Positions 19,581-29,181 of a stretch of DNA of 64,000 bases are shown here, in pieces (within the stretch, counting starts at the first letter, position 1; each line of letters opens with the position of its first letter). The stretch lies in NCBI GenBank assembly GCA_963799775.1, contig CAWCYD010000003.1, forward strand, positions 1,056,001 to 1,120,000. Reading direction: 5' to 3'. The notes under the pieces are model-generated. The model saw only the letters and a program-made list of their open reading frames with translations, did not search any database and had not been told where the DNA came from. Made by a program: the position numbers and the translations under genes. Origin of the DNA: an uncultured archaeon (lineage in GTDB: Archaea > Thermoproteota > Nitrososphaeria > Nitrososphaerales > Gagatemarchaeaceae).

Positions 19581-21147
19581 CTAGAGGCTCGCTGCCTCTG
19601 TGAAGGTGAGGTTGGGAAAGTCCTGGTTGATCTGGTTCTGGGCGTTGGTCAGGGCCTCCTGGGGCGTCTCCGAGCCGGTCCAAGCGTTGTTCAGATGCAC
19701 CGAGAGAGGGACCAAGACATTCAGCCATTGAGGAAAGGGCGTAAGCGCGGTGGTGCCGGTAGACCACGCCTGCTTCGCGACATTGAACGCGGATAGAGCG
19801 CCCGTGCTGATCTCGTTCTGAACCTCCTGCACACTGAGGACCGAGGTCAGTGGTGGGGAAGATGTGGTATTGACCGAGGAGCATCTGCTCCTGCACGCCC
19901 ATGCACGTCGCCCATTGGATCCAGAGATACGCGGCTTCTGGACGATTGGAGAACGCCGAGACCCCGAGCCCAGCCCCTCCGTAGGTCGAGAACGACCCGT
20001 TGGGGCCTGCTGGGTTGAGAGTTGGCACGAACTGCCCTGCCGCGAGCGGCGAGCGCTGGGGGTCGTTGAGCCAGTTGTAGTAGTCGTGCCAGAGGACCGC
20101 CGTCGCCGATGTGCCTTGGGCAAGGGATGTGAACTGGTCGGTCCATGTGAAGCTGTGCGAGCCCGGGTCCGCGTATTGCGCGAACCTCACGTAGTTTTCG
20201 AGGGCCGCAAGGCACTCGCTGCTCTCAAAGTTGGGGGAGATGTTGTTCCCATCGATTGTCCACAAGCTTCCCCCGAAGCTGGCAAGGTGGTTGAGGAACT
20301 CGTAGACTATCGAGACGTCCGCGTTCGCCATGCTGACCGAGGCGAAGGCAGTCCCGTTCCCTCCCAGCTTCTGGCACTGCTGGTAATACTCGTCCCAAGT
20401 CGTTGGCGCGGAGAATCCGAGCTTGTCGTAGATGTCCTTCCTGTAGAACAGGACCATCACGGGCGCATCGAGTGGGAACAGATTGAAGTTGGTGCGTGAG
20501 GCAATCGTGGTGCTGGTCGCGGTTCCTGTCGCCGCGATGGGCGGTGGATATGAGGCCACGTAGTCCCACACCGTGTTCGAGAAGTCGCTTGTATTGTATT
20601 TCGGGTAGGTCAGCTCGGGATACGTCTGGGCCAATTTCACCGGAGAGATGATCCCGTTCTCGAATGAGGCGATGTTCTGGTTGTCGATGCTGAAGACGTC
20701 GTAGGAGGGGCTCTTGGTGCTCACGGCAAGGGTGACCTCCTCCAGTTGGACCAGGTAGGGGACGGGGTTGTAGCCTGCAGAGATGCCGCTGTATTGGAAG
20801 AAGGTCGGGTCGAGAGCCTCGAGAGCATATGGGGCGAACTCTGCCTCCAAGGAAGTAACAACAGTCTTGGAAGGCACCTTGTCTACGACGCTCTGCATCC
20901 ACTCCAAGAAGTCAAGGTAGTCCGGCAGGAGGTTCGAGGCGGAAGAAATCGTCGTTGTTGTGGAAAGAATCTTGTTGATGCCCGCATTTGGGTTGACCTG
21001 TAGCCCGTATATGCCAAGGTCTGCCGCGCCCGCTGCAATCAGCGCGCCGCCTGCCGCGCCGAGCGCCAATCGCAGGAAGTTCCTGCGCGAAGTCCTCCTG
21101 ACTGCCGGTTTCTTAGGAGGGGTCTGGGCCTCGGTTGGACTAGACAT
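19581..21147 (-). CDS. Tat-exported sugar-type extracellular solute-binding protein, frameshift at about 19850
   Basis: SRRNFL Tat motif, LFYRKDIY..APTTWDEY, GGAGLGVS..PEAAYLWIQW. The C-terminus is in ORF 19581..20123. Confidence 0.85.
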
Positions 21148-21211
21148 CGGCTAAAATCAGCGACTGAGACGCGTCAACCGCGGCGTAATAATGTTTGTCC
21201 ACGTTTGAGGA

Positions 21212-21224
21212 TTGACACTGTCAA
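21212..21224. promoter_or_regulatory. Perfect palindrome TTGACA-C-TGTCAA, candidate operator
   Basis: Intergenic, 65 bp upstream of the SBP start. Near-copies at 46690-46702 and 61115-61127. Confidence 0.45.
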
Positions 21225-21284
21225 GGGTCCAGGCGGATGCACCTGCTTACAGGTTGGCTCGATACTGGATGGCCCTGGAGGTGG

Positions 21285-21833
21285 CTAGTGGGTCGACGTC
21301 TTCGTCGTTGTTGTAGAGGACTGGAACTGGAACCCGCCTCCCTTGCAGGCGAGTTTCGGAGCAGAATAGGAGTGTCCGCCGTTGCGCAGGGTGTTGACAG
21401 TGACGGTGGTGTTCTGGCCTACCTTGTAGGGCGCGGGCCAGCAACCAATGAACGCGCTGAAGGTGCCATAGGACGTCGAGATGGTGAGTCGGGCATTGGG
21501 GCTGGCAGAATTTGACTGAGTGGTCAATTGTACGGAGGCGTTGTTGATGCCCGTAATGATGCCGGTTGTGGTGCTCGTCGAGACCACGGCGGTCGCATAT
21601 GGCGAATCCTCGATGTAGTAGTAGGTCGAGCCGACCACCAACAGGACAACAATAACGGAGGTCACGATCAGGATCTTCCTGCGCCTCGCCTTTCGCTCCT
21701 TCGCCTTGCGGATTCTCTCGGCCGCTTCGTCCTTCGGGGGAGGAGGCGGAGGGGCATTGGTACCCGCTCCATACTGCCCTGGGAGTCCCGCCCGGAGAAG
21801 ATCCATTCGGTGCGTGGAGCGCCGGAGTGACAC
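21285..21833 (-). CDS. Single-TM membrane protein, unknown function
   Basis: Basic stretch, TM helix, then a Ser/Thr-rich extracellular domain with 2 Cys. Confidence 0.65.
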   Translation of the reverse strand: MSLRRSTHRMDLLRAGLPGQYGAGTNAPPPPPPKDEAAERIRKAKERKARRRKILIVTSVIVVLLVVGSTYYYIEDSPYATAVVSTSTTTGIITGINNASVQLTTQSNSASPNARLTISTSYGTFSAFIGCWPAPYKVGQNTTVTVNTLRNGGHSYSAPKLACKGGGFQFQSSTTTTKTSTH

Positions 21834-21907
21834 TTAAAATCGTTTCTTTCGGCGCTTGCAGAACTCATATATCACCCACGCAGGCTCCCACATAGGCAGC
21901 TCCCTCA

Positions 21908-23068
21908 ATGGTCGAGATCAGGGTCGAGGGCGTCCGGAAGAGCTACGGAAAGACGGAGGTTCTTGACGGCATCACGTTCACTGTCGGCGACGGCGAGTTC
22001 GCCGTGCTCCTCGGTCCATCCGGATGCGGGAAGACAACACTGCTTCGGTGCGTCGCTGGGCTGGAGAAGGTGGACAAGGGCGAGATCTACATCGGCGGCG
22101 AGCTTGCGAACGACCTTCTGCCCAGGGAGAGGGACCTTGCGATGGTCTTCCAGAGTTTTTCTCTCTTCCCGACCATGAACGTGCGCGAGAACATCGCCTT
22201 CCCCCTCAAGGTCAGGGGCGTGTCACAGCAGGCAGCCGATGAGAAGGTCAGAGAGGTCGCGAAGATCCTAGGAATCGAGCCCCTGCTTGACAAGCCCCCC
22301 AGACAGATCAGCGGCGGAGAACAGCAAAGGGTCGCCATCGGCAGGGCCATCGCGCGCGAGCCGAAGGCCTTTCTCATGGACGAGCCTCTCAGCAGCTTGG
22401 ACGCCCCTCTGAGGGCCCAGCTCAGGTCAGAGCTGAAGCGCATCCAGAGAGAGATCGGCGTGACGACGCTCTACGTGACCCACGACCAGGCAGAGGCCCT
22501 GGCCCTGGCGGACAAGATAGGCGTGCTCAATAAGGGGTCGCTCCTCCAGTACGGGCCCCCTCTGAGCGTCTTCGGGAGCCCGTCGTCGGCCTTCGTCGCG
22601 AGGTTCGTGGGCGACCCGCAGGCGAACATCCTCAATGTCTCGCTCGTGTCTGGAAGCTCCCCCGGAGAGTATGTCCTTCAGGCCGAGGGGTTCCGCCTCC
22701 CTGTGTCTGCTGGGATGGGGAGCACCATCAGTCAAAGCGCAAAGTCGCCGGGGAAGTCTAGCGAAGAACAGGCGCACATGCAGGTCGCGATCAGGCCAGA
22801 GGACATCCAGCTCGTCCCGACCCGCGACTCGGACGAGCTAGTCGAGGCTAAGGTGCTCCTCGACGAGCCCCTTACGCTCTACAGGATCGTCACTGTCAAA
22901 GTAGGAGACGGGGAGGTGAGCCTCGGCGAACATGAAGGTCCTTGTGGGGAAAGACGTGAAAGTGACCCAGGGGCAGCAAGTCTGGCTCAGGTTCAACCCA
23001 AGCAAATTCCACCTCTTCGACCGCGCGACGGGAAACCTAAGAGCCTAGTCGTGGTTCGACGGGTCTGA
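21908..23068 (+). CDS. Carbohydrate ABC transporter ATP-binding protein (MalK-type; frameshift near 22920 in the TOBE region)
   Basis: GPSGCGKTT, ISGGEQQRVAIGRA, MDEPLSSLDAPLR, YVTHDQAEA. Confidence 0.92.
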   Translation: MVEIRVEGVRKSYGKTEVLDGITFTVGDGEFAVLLGPSGCGKTTLLRCVAGLEKVDKGEIYIGGELANDLLPRERDLAMVFQSFSLFPTMNVRENIAFPLKVRGVSQQAADEKVREVAKILGIEPLLDKPPRQISGGEQQRVAIGRAIAREPKAFLMDEPLSSLDAPLRAQLRSELKRIQREIGVTTLYVTHDQAEALALADKIGVLNKGSLLQYGPPLSVFGSPSSAFVARFVGDPQANILNVSLVSGSSPGEYVLQAEGFRLPVSAGMGSTISQSAKSPGKSSEEQAHMQVAIRPEDIQLVPTRDSDELVEAKVLLDEPLTLYRIVTVKVGDGEVSLGEHEGPCGERRESDPGAASLAQVQPKQIPPLRPRDGKPKSLVVVRRV

Positions 23069-23098
23069 GCCCGCGCTGTGGACTCTTCCAGACCTTGC

Positions 23099-25750
23099 TC
23101 AGGTAGGCGCCACGCCAGGCCCGACTCGCTTGCGAGTGAGCACCATCGCTCCCGCGATCACTGCGAGTATGACGACCGCGCCCACGAGGGCATAGAAGGC
23201 GTCGCTGTAGACGCCTATTCCAGACACGGTGGTCGTCTGGGGCCCCGTGCTGCTGCTGCTAGACCCTGATCCCAGTGAGAGCGAAATCACATCTCCCGGC
23301 ACGATGTACCCATGGCCGAGCGGCCCGTGGAGGCCTACCTCGCCTAGCACGGCGTGCTGAGTGCCTCCGAAGGTCAGGAGCAGGTGCATGTTCCCTGCGC
23401 CGTCGGGTGCGATGCTCATGGGTGCGAGCAGAGGCAGCCCGAAGTTGATGTCGCGTATCACTTGGCCGTTGCTGGCGTCCAAGAAGATCAGCTGGCCGTC
23501 AGGCCATTGGGTGATGAGCATCCCGCCGGTGGCTAGGACACCGCCTCTGTAGTAGATCCCTCTCGTGTAGTTCCAGACTACCTGACCGGTGGCCGGGTTG
23601 AGGGCGAGCACGGTCGCGTTCGTCGGCATTGTCCCTGCGAAGTAGAGGTCCGTATCGAACGTCAGGCCGGAGGTGCCCTTGTAGTTGACGTCGCTGATGA
23701 AGTCGTGCTCCATGGGGCCGTCCTGAACGACGACGTAGAAGTACTTGCCATCGTAGGCGTTCTCAGACTCCATCAGATACCTCGCCTCGGTGAATCCCTT
23801 CTTCGAGGCTTCCAGTGATGGGCAGGAAGGCACCGAGGAAGAGATGCTCGTCGAGAACTCCGGGCATCCCAGATTCGTCCCCACTCCCGCCAAGGCTTGG
23901 CACTGGGCAGTCGTACCTATCGGACACGTGAACTGCATCATCTCAGTGTTGTTTAGTGGGTTGAAGTCGACGCTGCCCCTGTATGGGCTGGGGGACACAT
24001 AGCCGTGTGGATGCGGGTTGGTCCCCTGCATCTTCAGAGTCCCGGTGTCATACGCATGGTAGATCTTGTCCCAAGCCGCTCCATAGTTGCAGCTCGTGAC
24101 ATTGGTCGCGCTGCATTCGAAGGGCTGAGATAAAGCGGAAGTCCCTGACGAGGAGCCTACGGTGCTCTGGTTCGGCATCGTAGTGTCGAGGATCCAGACG
24201 GGTGCGCCGGTTATCTCGTTTATCCCGTACACGACGCCGCCCTTGCAAGCCTTCAACACCATCGGGTTGTTGTTGACGTTAGCCATCGTCACGTTGAGGT
24301 TGCAGTCTTGGTCGTTGATGTCCTTCGCGACGGTCTTGTCGACCCAGATGATGCTGCCGTTCGTCAAGCTCAATGACACGATCGAGTCGGCCAACAGGTT
24401 CGGGCCTGTGCGGAAGGTAGAGTTCCAGTCGGGAGCTGCCTGTGAGGTTCCCATGATGAAAGTGCCGTGGGCGTCATCTAGCGCGAAATTACCCCAGCTG
24501 TTGCTCATTCCGCTGCTAGGGCCTATGGTCGTGTTCCATGCAGCCTGGTTGGCCGGGAACTGCCAGTCGTTCTGAATTAGGCTCTGCGTTAGGTCCGAGC
24601 AAGGTACCCCAGCAATCCAGACGTGAGGATTCTTGCAGATATTTACTGAAAAGTTGGGCGTGCTGCCGTCGAGTGCGGGGAACTCGAATGTTCTCCATAG
24701 AAGGCTGCTGCCCGAGGAACAAACTCCTCCGGCCGACGTTGTGCACGGACCCCCGTTGACGCCGTCTAGGCTAGTCGACATGTTTGCGGTGCAGTTGTCC
24801 CCTGGATTGGTGTACTTGCCGGTGGTTGCGTTCAGGTTCAAGGCGTCCGATAGACTGCATCCTTCGACGAACGCTCTGCCTTGACCCGTGCCCTCCGCCG
24901 ATCCACCGCCATACTCTAGAATGACGTTGTGCGCGGCGTCCACTTGGATCTCTGCGTCGCCGTACGGGTAGTACTGCCCGGTACCTGTCGTCGGCCTGAC
25001 GTTTCCAGGGATGTTGTCACAGAGCCCTGTTAGGTTCGCCCTGAGCTGGTAAGTGTTCGCGTCCCAGCCCTGAAGCTGGCAACCGAATCCTGGGACCCAG
25101 ATGATCCCGTCGACTAGATTGACACCATGAAGATGTCCTGGACCGTATCCTGGCGCTATCGGTTCCTTGGCGAAATACGCCCAGTCCATGCTTGGGAAGT
25201 CAGAGCCGAGGAGCTTGCCAGTCGCGAGATCGATGGCATAAACAGAGAGACCATTTGTGACCACGTATCCCACTCCACCAGAGGTTACAACAGGTGCCTG
25301 GGTTCCTTCCAGGCCTGTGCTGTAGACGAGCCCTGGGAAACGGCACTGCGATGTCCCGTTGACGTAGTTGCAGGGACCCCATGCGGGCGTGCTGCTCCAG
25401 ATGCTAGGTATCGGGAAGATGTATGAAGTCTGAAGGTTCCCTACGTTACTCGATGTGATCTGCGTCTGTGGCGAGTAGTTCCAGCCATTAGTCCCATAGG
25501 TGCCGGGACCCGTGTCCTCTGTCCAATCTAGGCTGCCCCCCGAGGAGCTAGAAGAGCTGGAGTTGGTCGTGGTTGTCGCGAGAGGCGAAGTCCCAAGGGG
25601 GACGGAAGCCTGCGCCAACGCGTTAGTGCTGCCTTGGGTGGATCCGGCTGCGCTCTGAACGAGCGGGACGCCGACCACGGAAGCCATCAGAAGCAATCCA
25701 GTGATTGCGAAGCAAGAAAACGCAGAGATTCGAGTAGACTGTGAACCCAT
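23099..25750 (-). CDS. Membrane-anchored PQQ-type beta-propeller protein 1 (883 aa)
   Basis: Signal peptide, YSPQTQITSSNVGNLQ, GTSQAAPDWNSTFRTGPNLLADSIVSL, ACKGG, YRGGVLATGG, C-terminal TM plus RKR. Confidence 0.85.
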   Translation of the reverse strand: MGSQSTRISAFSCFAITGLLLMASVVGVPLVQSAAGSTQGSTNALAQASVPLGTSPLATTTTNSSSSSSSGGSLDWTEDTGPGTYGTNGWNYSPQTQITSSNVGNLQTSYIFPIPSIWSSTPAWGPCNYVNGTSQCRFPGLVYSTGLEGTQAPVVTSGGVGYVVTNGLSVYAIDLATGKLLGSDFPSMDWAYFAKEPIAPGYGPGHLHGVNLVDGIIWVPGFGCQLQGWDANTYQLRANLTGLCDNIPGNVRPTTGTGQYYPYGDAEIQVDAAHNVILEYGGGSAEGTGQGRAFVEGCSLSDALNLNATTGKYTNPGDNCTANMSTSLDGVNGGPCTTSAGGVCSSGSSLLWRTFEFPALDGSTPNFSVNICKNPHVWIAGVPCSDLTQSLIQNDWQFPANQAAWNTTIGPSSGMSNSWGNFALDDAHGTFIMGTSQAAPDWNSTFRTGPNLLADSIVSLSLTNGSIIWVDKTVAKDINDQDCNLNVTMANVNNNPMVLKACKGGVVYGINEITGAPVWILDTTMPNQSTVGSSSGTSALSQPFECSATNVTSCNYGAAWDKIYHAYDTGTLKMQGTNPHPHGYVSPSPYRGSVDFNPLNNTEMMQFTCPIGTTAQCQALAGVGTNLGCPEFSTSISSSVPSCPSLEASKKGFTEARYLMESENAYDGKYFYVVVQDGPMEHDFISDVNYKGTSGLTFDTDLYFAGTMPTNATVLALNPATGQVVWNYTRGIYYRGGVLATGGMLITQWPDGQLIFLDASNGQVIRDINFGLPLLAPMSIAPDGAGNMHLLLTFGGTQHAVLGEVGLHGPLGHGYIVPGDVISLSLGSGSSSSSTGPQTTTVSGIGVYSDAFYALVGAVVILAVIAGAMVLTRKRVGPGVAPT

Positions 25751-25778
25751 GCTGTGCTACGTGAACCGAGAATTTCTG

Positions 25779-25786
25779 TATTTAAA
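25779..25786 (-). promoter_or_regulatory. Archaeal TATA box (TTTAAATA) for propeller 1
   Basis: About 30 bp upstream of ATG 25750, the spacing expected for a leaderless transcript. Confidence 0.55.
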
Positions 25787-26003
25787 TTTGCCTAAATTCT
25801 CCGAAGCGTATCTGAACTCCGGGGCGCCGCAGAAAACCGAGCCAATCAGTCCCCGATTTGCGCTGCTTCTGGGATGGGGGGCGAAATAGAACTCCCGCTA
25901 GAACCTTGGGTGAGCGGCTTGTTGCAGAAAAGAGCAAGCGTTCGAGCTTTGCTATCGGTACGGGACTGGAGGATGACTTGGGATAGGCAAGAAAAAAGGA
26001 AGG

Positions 26004-29000
26004 TTAGGCGCTTGGTCTCCTGCGGAGAACGACCAGAGCGCCTGCGACGATAGCGAGGATAGCTGCGACGCCTACTGCCCCGTAGAATGCGAGGTTGGAG
26101 ACGCCAGATGTGCCGATGCTAGTTGTCACGATAGAGGTAGCGGTCACCGTTGCAGAACCACTGACCACTGAGGTCGTGGTGAATGTCGAAGTGGTGACTG
26201 AGCCGCCTGAACCAGTGATTGTTGTTACACCAGTGCTAGTGACTGTTTGAGTTGTTGTTGTTACGACCGTTGATGCTGCTGTTGCTGGACCTAGGACGTA
26301 CGAGATGATGCCGCCGGTGGTCACTTGTCCGCGACCAAGAGCGCCATGGATGCTCGGGTTGCCCAGGTTGCCGTGGTTAGCTCCGCCGTAGCTGACGAGT
26401 ATGTGCATTACGCCATTCGCGTCAGGTGCGATGCTGTTCGGCGCCAAGAGTGGGATACCCACGTTGATGTCTCTCAGAAGGGCGCCCGTCTGTTCATTAA
26501 TGAAGTCGAGGTGCCCGTCTGGGTACGCGGCCATTACCATTCCACCGAACGTGAGGACTGAGCCTCTGTAGTAGATTGGCCTCTGGAAGTACCAGAGAAG
26601 TTGGCCGGTTGAGATTTGGATTGCCCACACTGTGGAGTTGGATTGCTGGAGACCTGCGAAGTACAGAGAGATGCCCGAGACGTTGCCGGACTGGCCTTGC
26701 TTCGCCACATCACCGATCCAGTCGTGTTCGGCTGGACCTGTCATGGCTGAAGTGACCCAGATTCCGGTTGACGGGTCGATCGAAGTCTCTGTCTCACCTA
26801 TGTACCTCTCCTCGTAGTATCCATTGCCCTTGCCCTGGACGTCCGCAGCAATGCATGCTGCATGGGAGCCTGTTGGGCAGGTGAACCCTGGGTTGCACGA
26901 GTTGTTGGTTGTTCCAACGCCTGTACACGTGCCTACCTCAGTGTTGTTCAATGGGTCGAGGTTGGGTGAGCCTCTCATGAGGCCTCCGTTGATGAATCCG
27001 TGCGGATGCGGGTTGGTACCCTGCATCTTGATGGCGTTCGCGCCGCCCAACCAGTTGTTGGGGTAGCTCGAGTTTTCGTTGATTCTGTGAGCGATCGCAT
27101 CCCAGATCTTGCCTGAGTCGCAAGCAGTCGCGTTAGTCGCGCTGCAGAGCAACGGGCGTGACATTTGAGATGTCGTTGCGGAGTTGATTGTCGTGTAGTC
27201 TGGCATAGATGGATCGATCCACCACAGGGGTTGCCCTGTAATGGCGTTCATTGCGTATCCAACTCCCGACTTGCACTGCTTGATGAAGACGCCGCCGCCG
27301 TTGGGCATCAGTCCGCCACTAGGCAGGGGCAAGTTCATCGGTATGTCGTTGATCGGTGTTGCACTGTATTGGGATCCTTGGTTGTTCGTACCTACGCCGG
27401 ATATGGTTTCGACCGAGCCTGTATTGACGGTCGAGCCGCCGCCGGTGACGTACGCTGTTGGGTTGTTAGCGCTTCCCGCGGGACCAAGCGACGTGAAGAC
27501 TGTGTTAAGGTTACAGTCTTGGTCGTTGATGTCCTTGGTGAAGCTCTTGTTGCTCCATAGGATTGCACCGTTGCTCAAGTTGAACGCGACGTCAGCATTA
27601 CAGAATATGCTGAAGCCCATACGGAGGGTGTCGTTCCAGTCGGGTCCGGTGTCACCGGTGCCCTCTGCAATGATGTTATCCTTCGGGTCGATTGCCAGCT
27701 GTCCCCAGACGTTGCTGCAACCAGTGCTCGGGAAGACTGCGTCTCCCTGATCCTGTGATACAGCTAGGTCGGGCCTCTGGCCGTCGGCCGCGATGATGTT
27801 GGCGTTAACCGCCATAATTGCAGAACATGGAACGCCTGCGATCCATATGATGTTCGGGGTATGTGTGCAGTACGGAACTGCAAAGTTGGGGTTGGCTCCT
27901 GAATATGCCGGCATGGTGAATGTTCTCCAGAGCATGGTGCTACCGGACGAGCAAACGCCTCCTGAGACGGTGTTGCACGCACCGCCGGAACTACTATCAG
28001 TGTAGTTCGGCGCGCAGGTAGAGCCAGTTCCTGGCACATACTGCGAGAGTGCGAGCGATAGGCTGCACGCGTAGGTAAAGGCGGGGAATCCGCCGCTGCC
28101 TTCGCTAGAGCCAGACGCCCAGAAGACGATCTCGTTGTCCCACGGAACGACCTGGACGGGTCCATTGCCGTTGCTGGTCATCTTTCCAGAGCCTGCAACC
28201 GGGTGGATGCTTCCAGGTACCGGGTTCGCTGCGCTTCCGCACATGCCGGTCAGGTTAGCAACGAGTGCTCCCGTCGCTACTTGCCAGCCGAGGATGCTGC
28301 AGCCGAATCCGCCTACCCACGCGACGTCACCGACTGAACCACCGACGTTAACGATGTTCCAGGAGTGGTCGTGGGTAGGTCCGCCAGACGCCATCGGGTT
28401 CTTTAGCCATGCTGTGAAGTCATTTGCATTGAACATCTCGCTCACCGAGCCGATACATGGAGTCGGAGAACCAGCAGGCAGCGCCTTCGCTGCAGCTGCG
28501 ATTACCGAGCCCAATGATTGACCAGTGCCAACTGTGCAGCTAGTAGGTGTCGGCTGAGACAGTGTTGCCCCAGCGGCGGCGCCCGTAGCCAAGTTGAACG
28601 CGAAGATGTCCAGATAGTTGGTGAGTGTGTATCCTATTCCGTTAGACGTGAGCGTTGCTACCTGCGTTCCCTCGGAATTGCCTGAGTATGTTAGCCCAGG
28701 AACTCTTGTTGCGAACGGAGTAGAGGAGCTCAGCGTGCTAGGGATTGGGAAGATGTACGAGACTTGCAGCTGTCCAATGTTCGCCGAAGTAATTTGCGTC
28801 TCCGGTGAGTAGTTGGATGTGCAGCTTAGAGTCTGTGTATTGCACCCTCGTGTACCTCCAGTTCCCTCAGTCCAGTCGAGCGACGAGTTGTACGCAGTCG
28901 CACCCGGCAAGATTGTCGGGGCTACTGGTGCTAACGGCGCCGTTGCGATTGAAGAGGGGGTAGAGGCGGTCGCGGCCTTGCTGTTGGCAATGCCGAAAAC

Positions 29001-29078
29001 GGGGGAGTTGACCATTGAAGAGCATAGAAGGATTGTTGATATTGCTATCGAAGTTAGTAGAGTTGCCTTTGTTTTCAT
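26004..29078 (-). CDS. Membrane-anchored PQQ-type beta-propeller protein 2 (1024 aa)
   Basis: YSPETQITSANIGQLQ, GTGDTGPDWNDTLR, KDINDQDC, QCKSG, Thr-rich stalk, TM plus RRR. Closest paralogue of propeller 1. Confidence 0.85.
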   Translation of the reverse strand: MKTKATLLTSIAISTILLCSSMVNSPVFGIANSKAATASTPSSIATAPLAPVAPTILPGATAYNSSLDWTEGTGGTRGCNTQTLSCTSNYSPETQITSANIGQLQVSYIFPIPSTLSSSTPFATRVPGLTYSGNSEGTQVATLTSNGIGYTLTNYLDIFAFNLATGAAAGATLSQPTPTSCTVGTGQSLGSVIAAAAKALPAGSPTPCIGSVSEMFNANDFTAWLKNPMASGGPTHDHSWNIVNVGGSVGDVAWVGGFGCSILGWQVATGALVANLTGMCGSAANPVPGSIHPVAGSGKMTSNGNGPVQVVPWDNEIVFWASGSSEGSGGFPAFTYACSLSLALSQYVPGTGSTCAPNYTDSSSGGACNTVSGGVCSSGSTMLWRTFTMPAYSGANPNFAVPYCTHTPNIIWIAGVPCSAIMAVNANIIAADGQRPDLAVSQDQGDAVFPSTGCSNVWGQLAIDPKDNIIAEGTGDTGPDWNDTLRMGFSIFCNADVAFNLSNGAILWSNKSFTKDINDQDCNLNTVFTSLGPAGSANNPTAYVTGGGSTVNTGSVETISGVGTNNQGSQYSATPINDIPMNLPLPSGGLMPNGGGVFIKQCKSGVGYAMNAITGQPLWWIDPSMPDYTTINSATTSQMSRPLLCSATNATACDSGKIWDAIAHRINENSSYPNNWLGGANAIKMQGTNPHPHGFINGGLMRGSPNLDPLNNTEVGTCTGVGTTNNSCNPGFTCPTGSHAACIAADVQGKGNGYYEERYIGETETSIDPSTGIWVTSAMTGPAEHDWIGDVAKQGQSGNVSGISLYFAGLQQSNSTVWAIQISTGQLLWYFQRPIYYRGSVLTFGGMVMAAYPDGHLDFINEQTGALLRDINVGIPLLAPNSIAPDANGVMHILVSYGGANHGNLGNPSIHGALGRGQVTTGGIISYVLGPATAASTVVTTTTQTVTSTGVTTITGSGGSVTTSTFTTTSVVSGSATVTATSIVTTSIGTSGVSNLAFYGAVGVAAILAIVAGALVVLRRRPSA

Positions 29079-29106
29079 CCTTGTTCTACAGTAAACGAAT
29101 ATTGTC

Positions 29107-29113
29107 TATTTAA
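29107..29113 (-). promoter_or_regulatory. Archaeal TATA box (TTAAATA) for propeller 2
   Basis: About 30 bp upstream of ATG 29078. Confidence 0.5.
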
Positions 29114-29181
29114 CTCTAGCGACAAATCTGCAAATTTATTGAATCCTTAACAGGAGGATGCAGATTTTTTATTAAAATCGC

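Noticed and set aside
18838-21147. 769-aa SBP-surface protein fusion in the ORF track
   Set aside because: The SBP C-terminus lies in another frame (19581..20123) and the downstream protein has its own ATG and signal peptide. The fusion is a frameshift artefact.
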